A stretch of 64,000 nucleotides of DNA from Catajapyx aquilonaris. Taxonomy: Eukaryota. Numbering within the stretch: position 1 is the first letter of the stretch; each line of letters opens with the position of its first letter. The notes beneath the pieces are model-generated. The model did not search any database. It saw nothing but the letters and a program-made list of their open reading frames with translations, and was not told the origin of the DNA. Position numbers and translations under genes: made by a program. The DNA is taken from positions 1 through 64,000 of the forward strand of contig KZ538303.1 in NCBI GenBank assembly GCA_000934665.2, in the 5' to 3' direction. This document shows, in pieces, positions 12,084-25,400 of the stretch.

Positions 12084-13415
12084 ATGGCGGAGATTGAAGA
12101 AGACCTGAAACTGTCTGGAGAGAGTCCTCTTCTGTACGGAGATGTGGTGGACGACGGCGGCGGCGGAATCATCGTCGACGGCGGTTCGTCGATGGCGTCG
12201 GAAAACGCGTCGGTGGGTGGCGGTTTCGAGTCCGGACAACCGGACAAGGACTGGTTCGAAACCACTGGATCGGTGCTCAAGTCCATCGTGATGGGCTTCA
12301 TAATAGTGGCCGCCGTGTGCGGAAACTTGCTTGTGATTGTGAGCGTTCTGCGCGTACGTAAGCTTCGCATAATCACGAACTACTTTGTAGTGTCTTTAGC
12401 CTTCGCGGACATGCTGGTCGCGCTAGTTGCGATGGGATTCAACGCCAGCGTGGAAATCTCCGGCCGGTGGATGTTCAGCTACAGGATGTGCGACATGTGG
12501 AATTCGATGGACGTGTTCTTCTGCACGGCGTCGATCCTGCACCTGTGCTGCATCAGCGTTGACCGGTACTATGCAATAGTGAAGCCGTTGATGTACCCGC
12601 TGAAGATGACCAAGCGGGTGGTGGCCATCATGCTGGTGTCGGTCTGGGTGTCTCCGGCCATCATATCCTTCACGCCAATATTCATGGGCTGGTACACCAC
12701 AGACGAGCACATAGAGTTCCGGAAGGACAACCCGGAGGTGTGCATCTTCGAGGTGAACAAGCCGTACGCTGTCGTGTCCTCCTCCATATCTTTCTGGATC
12801 CCCTGCTCCATCATGGTCTTCACCTACTACAGGGTGTTCCTGGAGGCCAACCGGCAGGAGAAGATGCTGCACAAGAACAGCGGTACGGCACTGATGCTCA
12901 ACCACAGCCGGGAGCACAACGGTGACGCCGGGGGCAGCACCACGGGCAGCACCACGGTCATGGCCAAAGGGTCGGATCCGGACGTCGAAGTACACTCGAC
13001 GCCAATCAAAGAGAGGAACATCAGTAAGATGAAACGCGAGCACAAGGCGGCTCGTACACTAGGCATCATCATGGGCGCGTTTATCCTCTGCTGGCTGCCC
13101 TTCTTCGTCTGGTACGTCATCACCTCCCTGTGCGGAAAGGCATGTCCCAACCCGGTGTACCTGGTGACCATCATGTTCTGGATCGGTTACTTCAACTCCA
13201 CTCTCAACCCCATCATCTACGCATACTTCAACCGCGATTTCCGAGAGGCGTTCAAAAACACACTCAGCTGCATCTTCTGCAGCGGGTCCAGAGGCGGAGA
13301 CTACTTGGACGGACGCAGGTCCAGTCTGCGTTACGGCAACAGGAACATGTACTCGGACACCTACGGAAGGCACATGGACCGCCGACGAAGCAGCGACGCC
13401 GCCAGCAATCTGTGA
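12084..13415 (+). CDS. Octbeta2R: Beta-adrenergic-like octopamine receptor, Octbeta2R-like class A GPCR, 443 aa, single coding exon
   Basis: Seven TM segments with GN (TM1), LAFAD (TM2), the amine-binding TM3 Asp (MDVFFCTAS), DRY, TM5 serines (SSSISFW), CWLPFF and NPIIY, plus an N-terminal NAS sequon. EANRQEK, KMKREHKAARTLGIIMG and AYFNRDFREAF match my recollection of arthropod beta2-type receptors. Strong GC3 bias and a good start context (GGGATGG). The family call is firm; the subtype needs phylogeny. Confidence 0.93.
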   Translation: MAEIEEDLKLSGESPLLYGDVVDDGGGGIIVDGGSSMASENASVGGGFESGQPDKDWFETTGSVLKSIVMGFIIVAAVCGNLLVIVSVLRVRKLRIITNYFVVSLAFADMLVALVAMGFNASVEISGRWMFSYRMCDMWNSMDVFFCTASILHLCCISVDRYYAIVKPLMYPLKMTKRVVAIMLVSVWVSPAIISFTPIFMGWYTTDEHIEFRKDNPEVCIFEVNKPYAVVSSSISFWIPCSIMVFTYYRVFLEANRQEKMLHKNSGTALMLNHSREHNGDAGGSTTGSTTVMAKGSDPDVEVHSTPIKERNISKMKREHKAARTLGIIMGAFILCWLPFFVWYVITSLCGKACPNPVYLVTIMFWIGYFNSTLNPIIYAYFNRDFREAFKNTLSCIFCSGSRGGDYLDGRRSSLRYGNRNMYSDTYGRHMDRRRSSDAASNL

Positions 13416-16400
13416 TACTGCTGCTGCGGTCAAAAAAGCAGCGTCTGCAACATGTAGACACATGTGCGGCTGTTAACCTCTCTTCCTGATCGTGTGTCTC
13501 CGGAGGATGTACCGGTGCTTTAGTGTTGCATCATGTCGCGCCTGCCTACTTAACATGGAAAATAATATATATATAAATGGTGCATTGTGTGAGCATGGTC
13601 AGGGTACTTCTCAGAGGATTACAAAAAAAAAGGAAATTTTACTATCGATTTGTATAATAACTGTGGCGGTGAACTCCTGGAGAGCTGCTGTGTACATTTT
13701 TTTTCTTTCAAGATGATATACCTCTGGAACCGTAATAATTGAAGTCATGAACGAGAATCCTGTCAGGACGTACTGAGTTTTCAAAAAAAAAAAGAAAACA
13801 TAAATGAAACTGTCCGATGTGCTCAAAACACAGGCTGCAGCCTATTATAATGTCGGATTTATTTGTGCCGCCTGCCTCCCGTTTAATCTCTCTACAATTT
13901 AAAAAAAGAGTATTTGTTGCATTTAGCGGGACGCCGTTGTTTAAACGTACGAGATATCAACTTTCTTGCTTTGCTTTTACTTTTTCAAAAAAAAAAAGAA
14001 AATCCCCCTTTTCTATTTCTTTTACCAGGAACAGTTTTTCCCCCCCCTGCCAAACTTTTCAGACTTATTTCCTCCTCCTAAAGTCTCTTATAACAAAGAG
14101 GTGATTAGTAAATTCTGTAGTGCCTTTAAACAGAGTCTCGATGTGCGGCGGGCTGCTTTGACGACGTCAACACTTTATCAGATGGAGATAAGAGAGAGAA
14201 TTGGTTAGGTAAAACGGTCAGGAAGTCAATTACAGGGGGCTTGGTACTCCGCCTAAATCCTACAGAATAGGGTCGAATGGAATGGGTGATAAATCGTGCA
14301 TCCAACGCACGTCCTTTTTTGGCTTTAAAATGCGTGGCAATGGTGCCGGTACCTGTACCTGCCTCCATCTCCATCAGACATCATTTGACGAGTGAAAAAA
14401 ATAATATTTTAAAGTGAGGGAAACGACGCACAAGGCTGAGGAGGAAAATTTGTGAACCCGGCATGATTTTGAACGAACAGAGAGAGATAATGCTGTTTAT
14501 TTTGTGACATCTGTACAGAATCCTCTCGCTGTGATTTTCTGAACGTGTAGTGCTCATATCTGTTTAGTGGAAGAAAAAAAATAAGTCAACGGAAAGCGGC
14601 CGTATTGTGACCGACCCGGCTATAATCCTGAAGAGTGTACAGTATGTGAAAAGCTCATCGACGGACCTGTGATCCCAGTGACTGGAAAGAAAAAAATAAT
14701 AATAACGGGGAAAAAAATATACAGTATACACAATTGGGCCGGCCGACATATAAATATGTTGTTAGTCAAAAGCGGCTTTCCATGTTCTAAGTAATAATAA
14801 TACTAATAATAATCTTTCCACTCTTCCAAAGATGAAAAGCTGGTCAGTGGCGTGTACGTATGTATATAATTATAAACACACATATATATTTTCCCTCCCC
14901 AGTACCTACTTGACGCTGTCCCCCCTCACTGGTACCTGAATGTCAGTCAGTGCGTGTTTTTTGTGCGAAAAAAAAGTTGTGAGACAAGTAAAAAAAAAAA
15001 TTGCTGAAAGAAATATTCGCCAGCTCCTTTTTTTTCTTTTAAATCCTTTCGCAACCGGACATTGTCCGAGAATATTTTCTACAAAAGGAATGAGCTTAAA
15101 AATAAGAATATGTCCACGAGCCAAAGACGACACCTGCCACCACTTTTGTCACTTTCCAGAATAGAAATTGCGGAAACGTATCTCGGTATACATGGGGTGT
15201 ATTGACCCAAGCTCCGATTTAGACGACTATTTAGTTTGCCAGCTGCAAATGCGCATTAATTATCAACATTTTTGGCCAGTTTAACACTTCCCTTAGTAAG
15301 TGCGTGTGTGGTCCGAATTTGTATTTGGGAGCTCGTAAAATGAATGAATGTGTGCGGCCACAGATGGCAGGGGAATGAGGCGTCGGCGTCGGAATAGTTG
15401 AGAGCGACGCCCGCTAGATGGGATGGCGAAACAGTCCAGGCGTCGTTTGTGACACCGACGTTGGTCGTCGCACGTCGCCACATACTTAAAACGAAATACC
15501 ACAAATTTTGGCTACAAATTTACTTAATATGCCACTTTTTATATGCCAATTTTAACAACCTCACCTGATAATAAGCGGTGTGTTTGTCTTTTAAAGCAGG
15601 TTATAATAAGACAACACTTACGCAGGGTATGTACCGTGGGGCTTAACTTGAAGCTTGCATGCTTAAGCTGTTAAAATAATAATAATATTGTAACACCTTG
15701 CTCTTGACAGCAGCTTGCAGGCTACACTTCCCGCTAATTTTAGTACCTGACTCGAGACGATTTTAACCAAATTAATAATTATAATTAAGTGCAAAAAAAT
15801 GTAGTGCAGCATGTGGTGCAATTACCATTTGATATTTTAAAGTCTGAGTTGGGGGGGCCCAGTGCGGATGCGTCTAGCGTATTGATTTCCCACTGCGGCT
15901 GGCAGGAACCGCCGAAAAGAAGGGAAAAGGGGTGGCCCTAGGGGGGGGGGGCAGCGCCAAAGATGAAAGGCTAAATAATAATGCCAATTTTTGAAGAGCA
16001 TACTTTGCCTTTCTTCAAGATTGTAAGAGCAGGTCTAAGTACTCCCAGGGAAGAGTGAGCACCGAAAATGTGCCTCGTGTTCATTGCAATCTTGAATAAT
16101 TTCAAAAGGTTGCTTGGCCCAGGAAAAATTTGGCATACGTTAAGCTATAAGATATAAAATGATGATTAAAATTAATATTTCCATTACAAAACAATTAGTC
16201 GGGTCAAATTATGGCTATAAGCATACCATTTAATATTTCAAATGGATTCGATCTGTTGTGAATTCCAGTGAAATTATCGCAGGTGTGATGAGGACGAAGT
16301 TCCATTACTTACTTCACGCCATTTTTGACGTGTTCGTCCCCATCTTCCCCAGAATGTCAACTCCGCAATCCGCCCACGCAATGTCGCATTTGCGTTGCAA

Positions 16401-19400
16401 AAAAAGGCTTTCATGAATTCGATTAGACAGGCAGAAATCTAATCGCATTCTCTTCAGTTTCAGTTTTTTTTTGGTTGTATCTGGCCTTGAGTAATCAGAT
16501 TACATATTTTTCTACAATTAAAAATATTTTATTACATGCAATATCACATACCGTATGTAGGTTATGTATATATATCAAGCGGGTCACATGCTCTGTTATT
16601 ACGTGTCGTATCTATAGCTCGAAGAAACCATTTATCATTTTGTGTGACACTAATTGATGAGCTTGGATAGCTTACATTTTGGACACATAATCAAACTCCT
16701 TCTCCTACGTGACAATAGACGATATAACAATCTTACTCTTTACCAATAACTACGGCTTACACCAGTAGATGGGTCTGAAGCAGTTATTGATTGAGGGTCC
16801 AACCCCCTTAATTTAGGTGCTATAATTATGTGGCCCATGTAACTGAGACAAGTTTCACTTTTTTATTAAGACGACATTTTAATGAAGAAGCGGTTTAAAG
16901 TATGAAGACAAACGTAAAGAGTGAAAGTAGGTTAATCGTAAAGGATTTTATGTCAGTCAGATAATTTCCCCCACTTTAAGTCATCAAAAACCTACGCAAA
17001 GGTGTAATTATCTCGGCATGACGTCGGTTTGTTGATCCTCCCCCCCCCCCTTTTTTTCTTCAATGAGAGGTTAGGACCTCAAGCTGTGATAGCCGCGAAG
17101 CAACGGTGCCATCATTTGCGAAGCATTTTGGACTCCCCCGACAAACTGTGGCCTCTCCACAGGGAATGTAATTTACAGAATAAAAGGGGCTAGGTGCCAG
17201 CAGGTCAGGGCTGTTCTCCGAAAAACGATGACCTCAGAAAGGTCCATTGTACCATCTCAATCTAACCCGCAGCTGGAACCCGAGGACACAAGAATGGAGA
17301 AACTTTGTTAAGGTCAAGTGTGTCAGAAATTGACAGTAGAAACATTTTTATAATCATAAAAATTGCAGCCTTGTTCTATAGAATAATATCTGGAACGATT
17401 TTAAGCCCATTTAACAGCCAATCTTCCCAACCTTTTTTTAAAGCAAGGGTCGGCCTGCGATAATCGCTTTAAGTGATGAGTGTTTAGGCCTCTGTTGGGA
17501 GCCCTCTCTTGAAGACAGGGGCTAGTGAAGTGGGTTCAGAGGGACTATGGGCACTATAATGCTGGAAGTGCCGGTAAATTGGCTGTTAAGTCGCTACTTT
17601 TTAGCTGCCGTTGTTCACTTTTTTGGGCCTCACCCTCGCTTAATTGGAAACGTGACCCATTCTAACCCTTTCTCATATACCCGAAGGAATGGGCCAAGTC
17701 TGGTGTGATGAGACTATACATTACAGATCAAGCCATCAAATGTATAGTCCCATAAAACATATTTTATTATAATGGCAGCAGTATATAGCATTTGAGAAGA
17801 TTAATTGAAGGCATTTTCATCCGCACCAAGACCAGGTAAGTCTTTTTGATGAGTGAAAATGTGCAAAGAGGACCTAAAATTTCTGTACTGGTATTCTTCT
17901 CTCAGTTGCACACAGGGAGCGAAAGGGTTGCTCTGGAGACTCGTGATAAATATCGACCGAGCAAGTTAGTCAGGGCGACTCGCAGAGTTCTAAGCAGTAA
18001 TAATGTGTGCAGAGACTTATTTGTTACCACTGCGTATAAGATATTCTTATAAAAAAACTCTTCAAATTTGAAAATTCTGCAGGAATTTTAATGTCATGCA
18101 ATCATAACTTTCTCAAGATCAGTGAGAGTCTAGAAGTATTTTAGAAAATTAGCTATACTTTCGATATTAATGTAATATATTGCTACTGTGCCGTAAAGTA
18201 TGACTTGTTAGAAAATATAATTGTTGCAAAAGTTAATTGTGCCTAGCTTGAGGGAAACGTACAGTACGTGCTCTCAAAATATTATTACCTACAAAATTCT
18301 TAGAAAAGTGGAATGTAAAAAAACACTTTATTCTTTAATCAAAACTTTTTAAAGGCTTAAGAGTGATTAAACTTTCAGATTGGCATTAACTACTCTGGTG
18401 TATCACCGCAGGAGTGCATTTATAATAGATGTACACTCCCTGATTTCCCTTTTAAATCGTTGAGTTTAAGCCCCTTTTCATCGGCATTTGCTGTATACGC
18501 ACAGTCAACCAACATTACGTAATCCACATCACAGTACAGTTAATCCACTTCATGCAACTTGAAGCGTCGTGGTCTCCATAATTGACATCACAGCACCGTA
18601 TTAGTTAAGGTAATCACACTTTCAACCCAGGAAATCCCTTCAGGGGGGCAACGTGCATGCGAAAACCTTCAAACTCGCACAAATTTCAGAGAGAACGTAT
18701 TAGCCTCGAGCATAATTTAACATTTGACCCACACTTCCGCTCTAATATTGAGTTAGATGATATGAATCTCTCAACGTCATCACCCGATCATATACAGTAA
18801 CTTTTAGGTGAGTTCTAATAATAAAGGAAACCACGTCAATAATTTTGCAAGCACATTATGTCACCTTCCATTTTTGTCAAAAGCTATAAACCTCCAGCAG
18901 AATCACTGCTGCATCATGTGTAGTCATTTGGAGCGACCATCCGAATGGCAAGTGACCAAAACATTGTGCCCCCAACGGGTTTGGCATCGGTTTGGAGGGC
19001 ATGCGACCAAATCGTGGGCTATCGAGTGGAAGGTACTGTTCCAGCCATTACTGTGATGAATGATGGTTCAAGGTTATCCTCAATGCGAAGAGAGTTTCCT
19101 ACCCACACACATTCACATCATAATTTTTTTTTGTTCAAATTCTGTAAATTAAATTTTAGCTACACTTACAACCTGTACCAGAGTAAACCGCAACAGTTAG
19201 TCGCAGTAGCCGTTGAAGAGATATTAACCTCATCGGTCTGGTCCAACTCGCCGATTAAAAGTGTCAGAAGCAGACGAACCTCCTTGACACAACGACGCAA
19301 TTTTCAGCATGGGGCCGCATCCTGGCCTGTCAATGACACGTTTTCACTTTGGCTCAGCATGAGGTGCTTTTAAACCCTCTTTGCGTCCCCCCAACAACAC

Positions 19401-22400
19401 TTGTTCTCTCTATATATTCTCCTGATCGTGCAATGTAAAATTAACGATTTACACTTTCCTCAACACAACGTTCTCATTTTCACTTTGATGTGAGTCAAGT
19501 TCCCTTTTTTTCACCAAAAATTGTGAAGGTTTCGGGGGTTTTCCTTTGTGCAGACCTGTTCATTAGTTGCAAAGGAGCCTCCATTTTCATGCACTCTAGT
19601 AATTGCTCCGTGGCACAAAAGGCATCGTCCAGACAACTTCCAGAAGGTGCAGAATTACACCTGCTCAAATTACAGCTGGGTTTTTGCGGTACGTCTCATA
19701 AAAAAACAAGGATGGCCTATTTTCGTTTCCTAGAGAGAACAATGGGTAGAATTCATGTCGCGTGCTGTGCACTCTACTTTGATCCGAGTAACTTCATCCG
19801 ATGGTTTGAGATTCCGCAGCCGGAACAACGCGTGTCGACTTGTCGCCAAGTTGAATGTCTCCAGCTGGTTCTCTCCGACGATATATATATTTTTTGTTGC
19901 GGGTATGAGCGGCGACAGGTGGGTCCAGACTTTTAATGCCTGTCATATCCCCTGGAGAACTGGACCAGTTTGCTGGAATGAATCCTCGCCCCACTTTTCT
20001 CCTATACTTTTTCTTCATTTTTTGGAGATAAAGAAGTGTATTTACGCGTTTCGTCCCCCCCCAAAAAGGCTCGGCCTACTTAGAGACAGGATAAAAACAC
20101 GCGGCCCAAATTTGTCCTGGGTATGTTCCACAGGGTATTACAACTTAATTGGGTCAGATGACCAAAGTTTTGATGCTGAGCTTCATCATTGGCAGTGTGC
20201 AGGGCGATTGAGGATATTATTGTCATAAGTTTTAATTGCCGGAAACTTGATTTCAACGTGGAGGTGGTATCTAATAATATGTGGTGCAAAAAAAAAAGTT
20301 TGAAATTGCGAATTGGAGTTTGAAAGTTGAGGTTGCGAAATATTTGGCAGGTGGATTGCTTACTAGAGGGAATTGTGGCAAGCAAAATATTCATTACATT
20401 GCTCTTTGAATATCTGGTAATTACGGCATTTGCATTAATTTTCGAAGTTGGCTGTGTATATTATTACTGCATATTTATAAAAACACGAATTTATCCATAC
20501 CTGAAACTTCCAATAAATTTAAAATTATTATAACTATAATATTCACTCAATTGTCATTCAGATTTTAGGGTGTATCGGAATAATGTTCAGTTTTTCAGTC
20601 AAATATTTTAATAATAATTTAGCAAAAAAAATTGAACACGCAAGAGGTTTTCGTGTGCGAAAATTGTAGCACATGAAGGTGTGTTGTAACTTTCAAGAAT
20701 CAATGTGCACCCACGCCACAAAGTATACGCAGAGTTACTAATCCTTATGCACGCCAATGGCCTGAACTTATGGCAAATTGCAGCTAAGTTCCGGCAAAGT
20801 TAAGATTATTATCGGTTCTAGTGACCTCCCGAGACATCCTCGAGTAATTGCAGAGTACAGGGCTATTCACCTTTACCCGTTCAAGTACCTTTAATCCTGG
20901 CTAGTAACCTTTTAGGCCGCCGGATCTGCCTCTCCCCATTTGCATTACAACTGCTGCAAGGCCTACCTCACAACCTTTTAAAGTAATGGAAAGAAATTCG
21001 AGCCCATTTGAACATTACAATTACCGTGTGCTTTTTTTTAGAAGGCTGGATTCCTGTAGGGCAGCCAGTGACGCATTTCCTTTCGATGAGAAGTACACAT
21101 GCTGTGCATCACGCTTGATTGTAGAAATTATCCAGAGGTCATTTGCATCAGACCATTGTATACATATTCAAGGTCATTTGTACGTCATACTGATTTGACG
21201 TATTTTTATAGCTCATTTCCTCTTCCTTACCTACTGCATACATTAACCGAGGGACTCATGATTTAATTAAAAACGCATTTTACCTTTGAGTTGAAAAAAA
21301 CTAGAGATTTGGCATTTTAAAGATTAACTCTTGGCTTATTTTTAATGACCCAGTAAACTGAGGCTATATTATAGTTTGAACAAAACCTGGAAAATATTAT
21401 CATTCGATAAAGTTCTTTCAAATTATTTTGGCGGTTTTTTGCTATTCATTATTTTAAATCATTTTCCTGAATATTTGCAAAATACTGTTGGAATCGTGGC
21501 TATTTTTACACATTACACTCCCACGCACGATTTTCAAGCTTGACATGAGTGTCACCGAGACCTTCGTCCTCCCTCGGGTCATGACCGTCACTGGCAGAAA
21601 CCCATTTACCCTATTCCACCAACGTGTTAACAGTACGTTCCCTTATCCACCTACATCATGTGGGAGTAAAGTACTGTACGACTCACTTTTGCACTTACAG
21701 TAACAATCCTATACTGCCTATCACCTCTGGCTGAAATCCGCTTAAATTTTGTAGTAAGTGCTGACTGGATAAGTCTACAGATCCCTTTCTTAATAATTAT
21801 AATAATAATGAAGCGGATTACCACAGCATGCAAAATTTTACTTTTTTACAATTTGCGCCAGATTCGCCCATCGTAGTTTAAGTGCCATATCTGCAGCCAG
21901 TTAACCGTCAGCTAAAAGGTCGTACGAAGCACATTCCCTAAAATCTCGAACAATAAAAAAAAACCAATTGCTATGCAGAAATCGCTGACAAGCCAGCCCT
22001 TCTGATAGCGAATAACTCCCAAGGCTCATAGTCTCCATAATAGACCCCCTAGCCATATAACCGGGCAGTTCATCTCACTCCTTGTATAGCACGTAAATGC
22101 CAAAGGTAAACGGACTAGCCCCCACCAAACTATATTCCTTTTTGCTATTGATCAACACTTTCTAGTTTTAGACAAAGGAATATACCTCTATCATCGTCCC
22201 CCAAAGGCTGGTAATTGCTTTTGCGTGAACTGGAAGATGACCATGGGAAAACAGCATATCCGGCTCCAGAATTTATAAAGGGAAGGGTATAGTAGGGCTA
22301 TAGATACATATACACATTTTAAGGGTTGATGTGGAAGAAGAAGCGAGTCGGGTGTATGTGTCCATCAAAGAACTAGACAGCTGTCGGCCGCTTTTACGCT

Positions 22401-25400
22401 CCAAAGATGAGAAAGGCATAAAGGACGTTTCCTGCGACCCAAGAGCTGCATTATTGCAGAAGGAGATAAAGTATGGCGCAAGCGAAACAAATCGCAACGA
22501 AAGTTGAGAAAAAAATGGTCAAATTTTTCTACCGAACATTTTATTTTTGCTTTTTCTTCAGGTGTCGTATACCTCGGCCGAAACTGAATCGGCTAGAACC
22601 GAAGTTCACTGACTTTCCAAGCAAAGACAGGCAATATAAAAGTGTCAAGTCCGTGCTCGCATAATCCGGCTGTTGACGAATATTTGAATAACGCCATTTC
22701 GTTGGGCAGGATTATATAGGGAAAATCCTAGCACAATGTACGAGCTTCGTAAGGTAAAAAAAAGCCTGTTTTGTGTATAGCAGAAGCACAACAACCGCTA
22801 GACCTGACCTCGCGACCTCAAATGGCACTGACTTTATTGAAGGTACGCTTTCTCTAGTCTCAGAATTAGCAAACCCATCTCGCTAATTGGAGGTGTGCAG
22901 ATTTTTTTTTTTTAAAGAGAAGAGTTGAACAAACCTTTTTGCGAGGAAAGTTTGTTCTTCACTCCCACCATATACACTCCGACCCCGAGTGGATTATCCG
23001 GCCATAATTTCATTTGCGCCCTTGGAAAGTCTGAAAAGTGAATTAGAAACCAGGCTCACTCTCCATCCTGACAACGCAACTGGGGAAACGTCACCGGAAA
23101 ACTTTTTGGTGCGTTGCCCGGATGCGTAGTTTCCGGGAAATGTTCAAGTTGGCATTTTAACTGAAGGCCGATTGGAAGACATGTAGTTGATGTACTTGCG
23201 GTTAACATGTCCTTTTTATCCCGAGTGTAATGACACAGGAAGGTCGAGTCAGCCAACAGTGAAATATACTATTCTTCTGCCCAGGTCCCCCCCTTAAATC
23301 AAGATTGATCACTGCGGAATCATCGTTGCCCGGAGTTGTTATGGCCCATTTGGGCGGGCCTGGATGATCAATAAAGAGAGGTCCGAAATGCAACAATGAC
23401 ACGTCGCACAATTGCCGTCCTTTATGCTTCACTAATGGCCGCATTAAAGTCAGCTGCTAGAAATTGCTAATGTTGCAAAATTTGCGGGCCAACCGAAAAC
23501 CCATTCGCCAGCAGTATAGGATTACTGGGTTGTTTTTTTTTGCAAGAGGGGGGGAAATAACCTCGCAACCTATTTAACATAATTATGTGGTCGATTTGCA
23601 TGTAGTTTCAATAGAATTCAGAAAAAAATGGTACGGCATTGACCCACAGCCTGCAAATTTCGATGTCGCAAACAATTATTGCAAGGTTGATTCGTCCAGT
23701 GCACAGGCAAAATCCTGGGTGGTTTGTAATCGGGTAAATTTTTGCAATTGCTGCTGCCTGCTGGGGTGAACAATCCAAAATTTCTTTCCAGGGGCAGTGA
23801 ACTTGTTTGATGCAAAATGCTTGTGATGTGGAGTAAGCCGCTGCATAATTTCGCCTTCAGTTCAATTCTTTGTACCGCGATGTAATTGGATCGTAGTGAT
23901 TGTTTACAAGTTCTCGGTTCGCCTATTAAAGTGGATTTATAGCATTACAACCGTGGCCTTCGTGGAGCGTCGAGAAGCTCTATGATGTCGTCGCCACGAG
24001 TTTGACCGCTTTGACCTGAAAGACGAGACGGTATATGAAAAGGGGGGAAAATGTTAAAAAGGTGTGGTGATTCATTGCCCTCAGGCGGCCAGAAAAACTC
24101 GGTGCGAATCATAAAAGTCTGGAGTGGTTTCCACGATCTTTCTAGGTCCCCATAGTGGCATCCTACTGTAGAATAAAACAAAATAAGCTTCTTAGCGTCG
24201 AAAATCCTCGCCTGGATGCGGAGGCCTCAACGTGTCAAATTTATATGGCAGAGGAACACAAGCTGCGATGTTCCCATGGCGACTGAGGATCAACCTCGTT
24301 CTGTCTCTCGTCACCTCTCTTCCAAGGGGGAGGAAAAAAGGAGTCATCTAGAATTTATTTTCATGGAATGTGACATATTCAGGTTGCAACAGTGAGGCAT
24401 TGACATCCAAGGTGAAAAAAATCTTCAAAATTGTTCAAAGCTGAGAGAGAAAATTAAGCAAACTTTTGCCTAGAGCCAACAAATTCCTGCTCTTTGACCT
24501 GGTTGCCTAAAATCAGATAATAATTTCTGTGAACATGCGTCAGAATTCAACTTTCTCCCAACTGTGACATCCATGTGTTCCCTATAGAGTTTGTAAACTC
24601 TCAAAAGGCGTATCATGCCCCTCCCTGCGCATTTTCTGACGTGAGGTTCAATTTCCCAAAAAGTTAGGCTTGTCACAGACCAGGTTTCTCTTTGACCCCT
24701 AGAGGGTTTGTTCCCGCCCTCCCTGCTTGCAATCCCCGGAAAATCAAATCCGCAACGTCTCGTTGACTCCGGAGCTCCGCCATTTCGCTGCTTCCTCCTT
24801 TTTGCATGGGTAAGTTTCTAGGGCCAAGGAACCTCTTTTTTTGGCTACCTTAAAAAAAGGAAGGTTCCAACGGGACCTGTCTTCCTCGCCAATGAGCCTT
24901 GACCTTACAACTCCAAGAGGACAAAAGGCACAAATCCAGACAAGGTCTGATGCAATATTGCGGCCGCTTTTCTGTGCCCAGTCACGGCCTCCTTTTCTTC
25001 TCGAAGCGACAACAGGGGCAGGGATTAAGCGAGATATCCACTGCGGGGTTTCGCCCCCCAGACACAATGTGCATGAAGGCAGTTATGTAAGCGCCAACTG
25101 CAGTGCTTTGGGAGGGTTATATAAACTGGGTCCATAAATTCTCATGTTAAGGTGGTGTGTCCTAATGATGACCAAGAGTGGCCATCATCCAAGAAAAATT
25201 ACTATGGGCGAACTACTGGGACAACAAAAGTACATTTTATGCCGCCGTTGGACACATGCATATGTCCTACTCTGAAATTTCCAGCACGTGTCGCTAAAAG
25301 TGCGAAAAACTTCTGTGGGGGCCCAAGCCTGTTCCCAAAAAGCCGGGCAGACGCAGAATCTCAACAAGCCTTAAAAGTATCCTGTTAAGTATGCAGCTCA

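Noticed and set aside
11988..13489. Long antisense and alternate-frame ORFs over the beta2-like CDS (e.g. 12423-13043 minus, 206 aa)
   Set aside because: Shadow ORFs caused by GC3-rich codon usage of the real gene; no recognisable protein motifs.
22920..22965. Small hairpin GAACAAAC...GTTTGTTC as a pre-miRNA
   Set aside because: The stem is too short and matches no miRNA I recognise.
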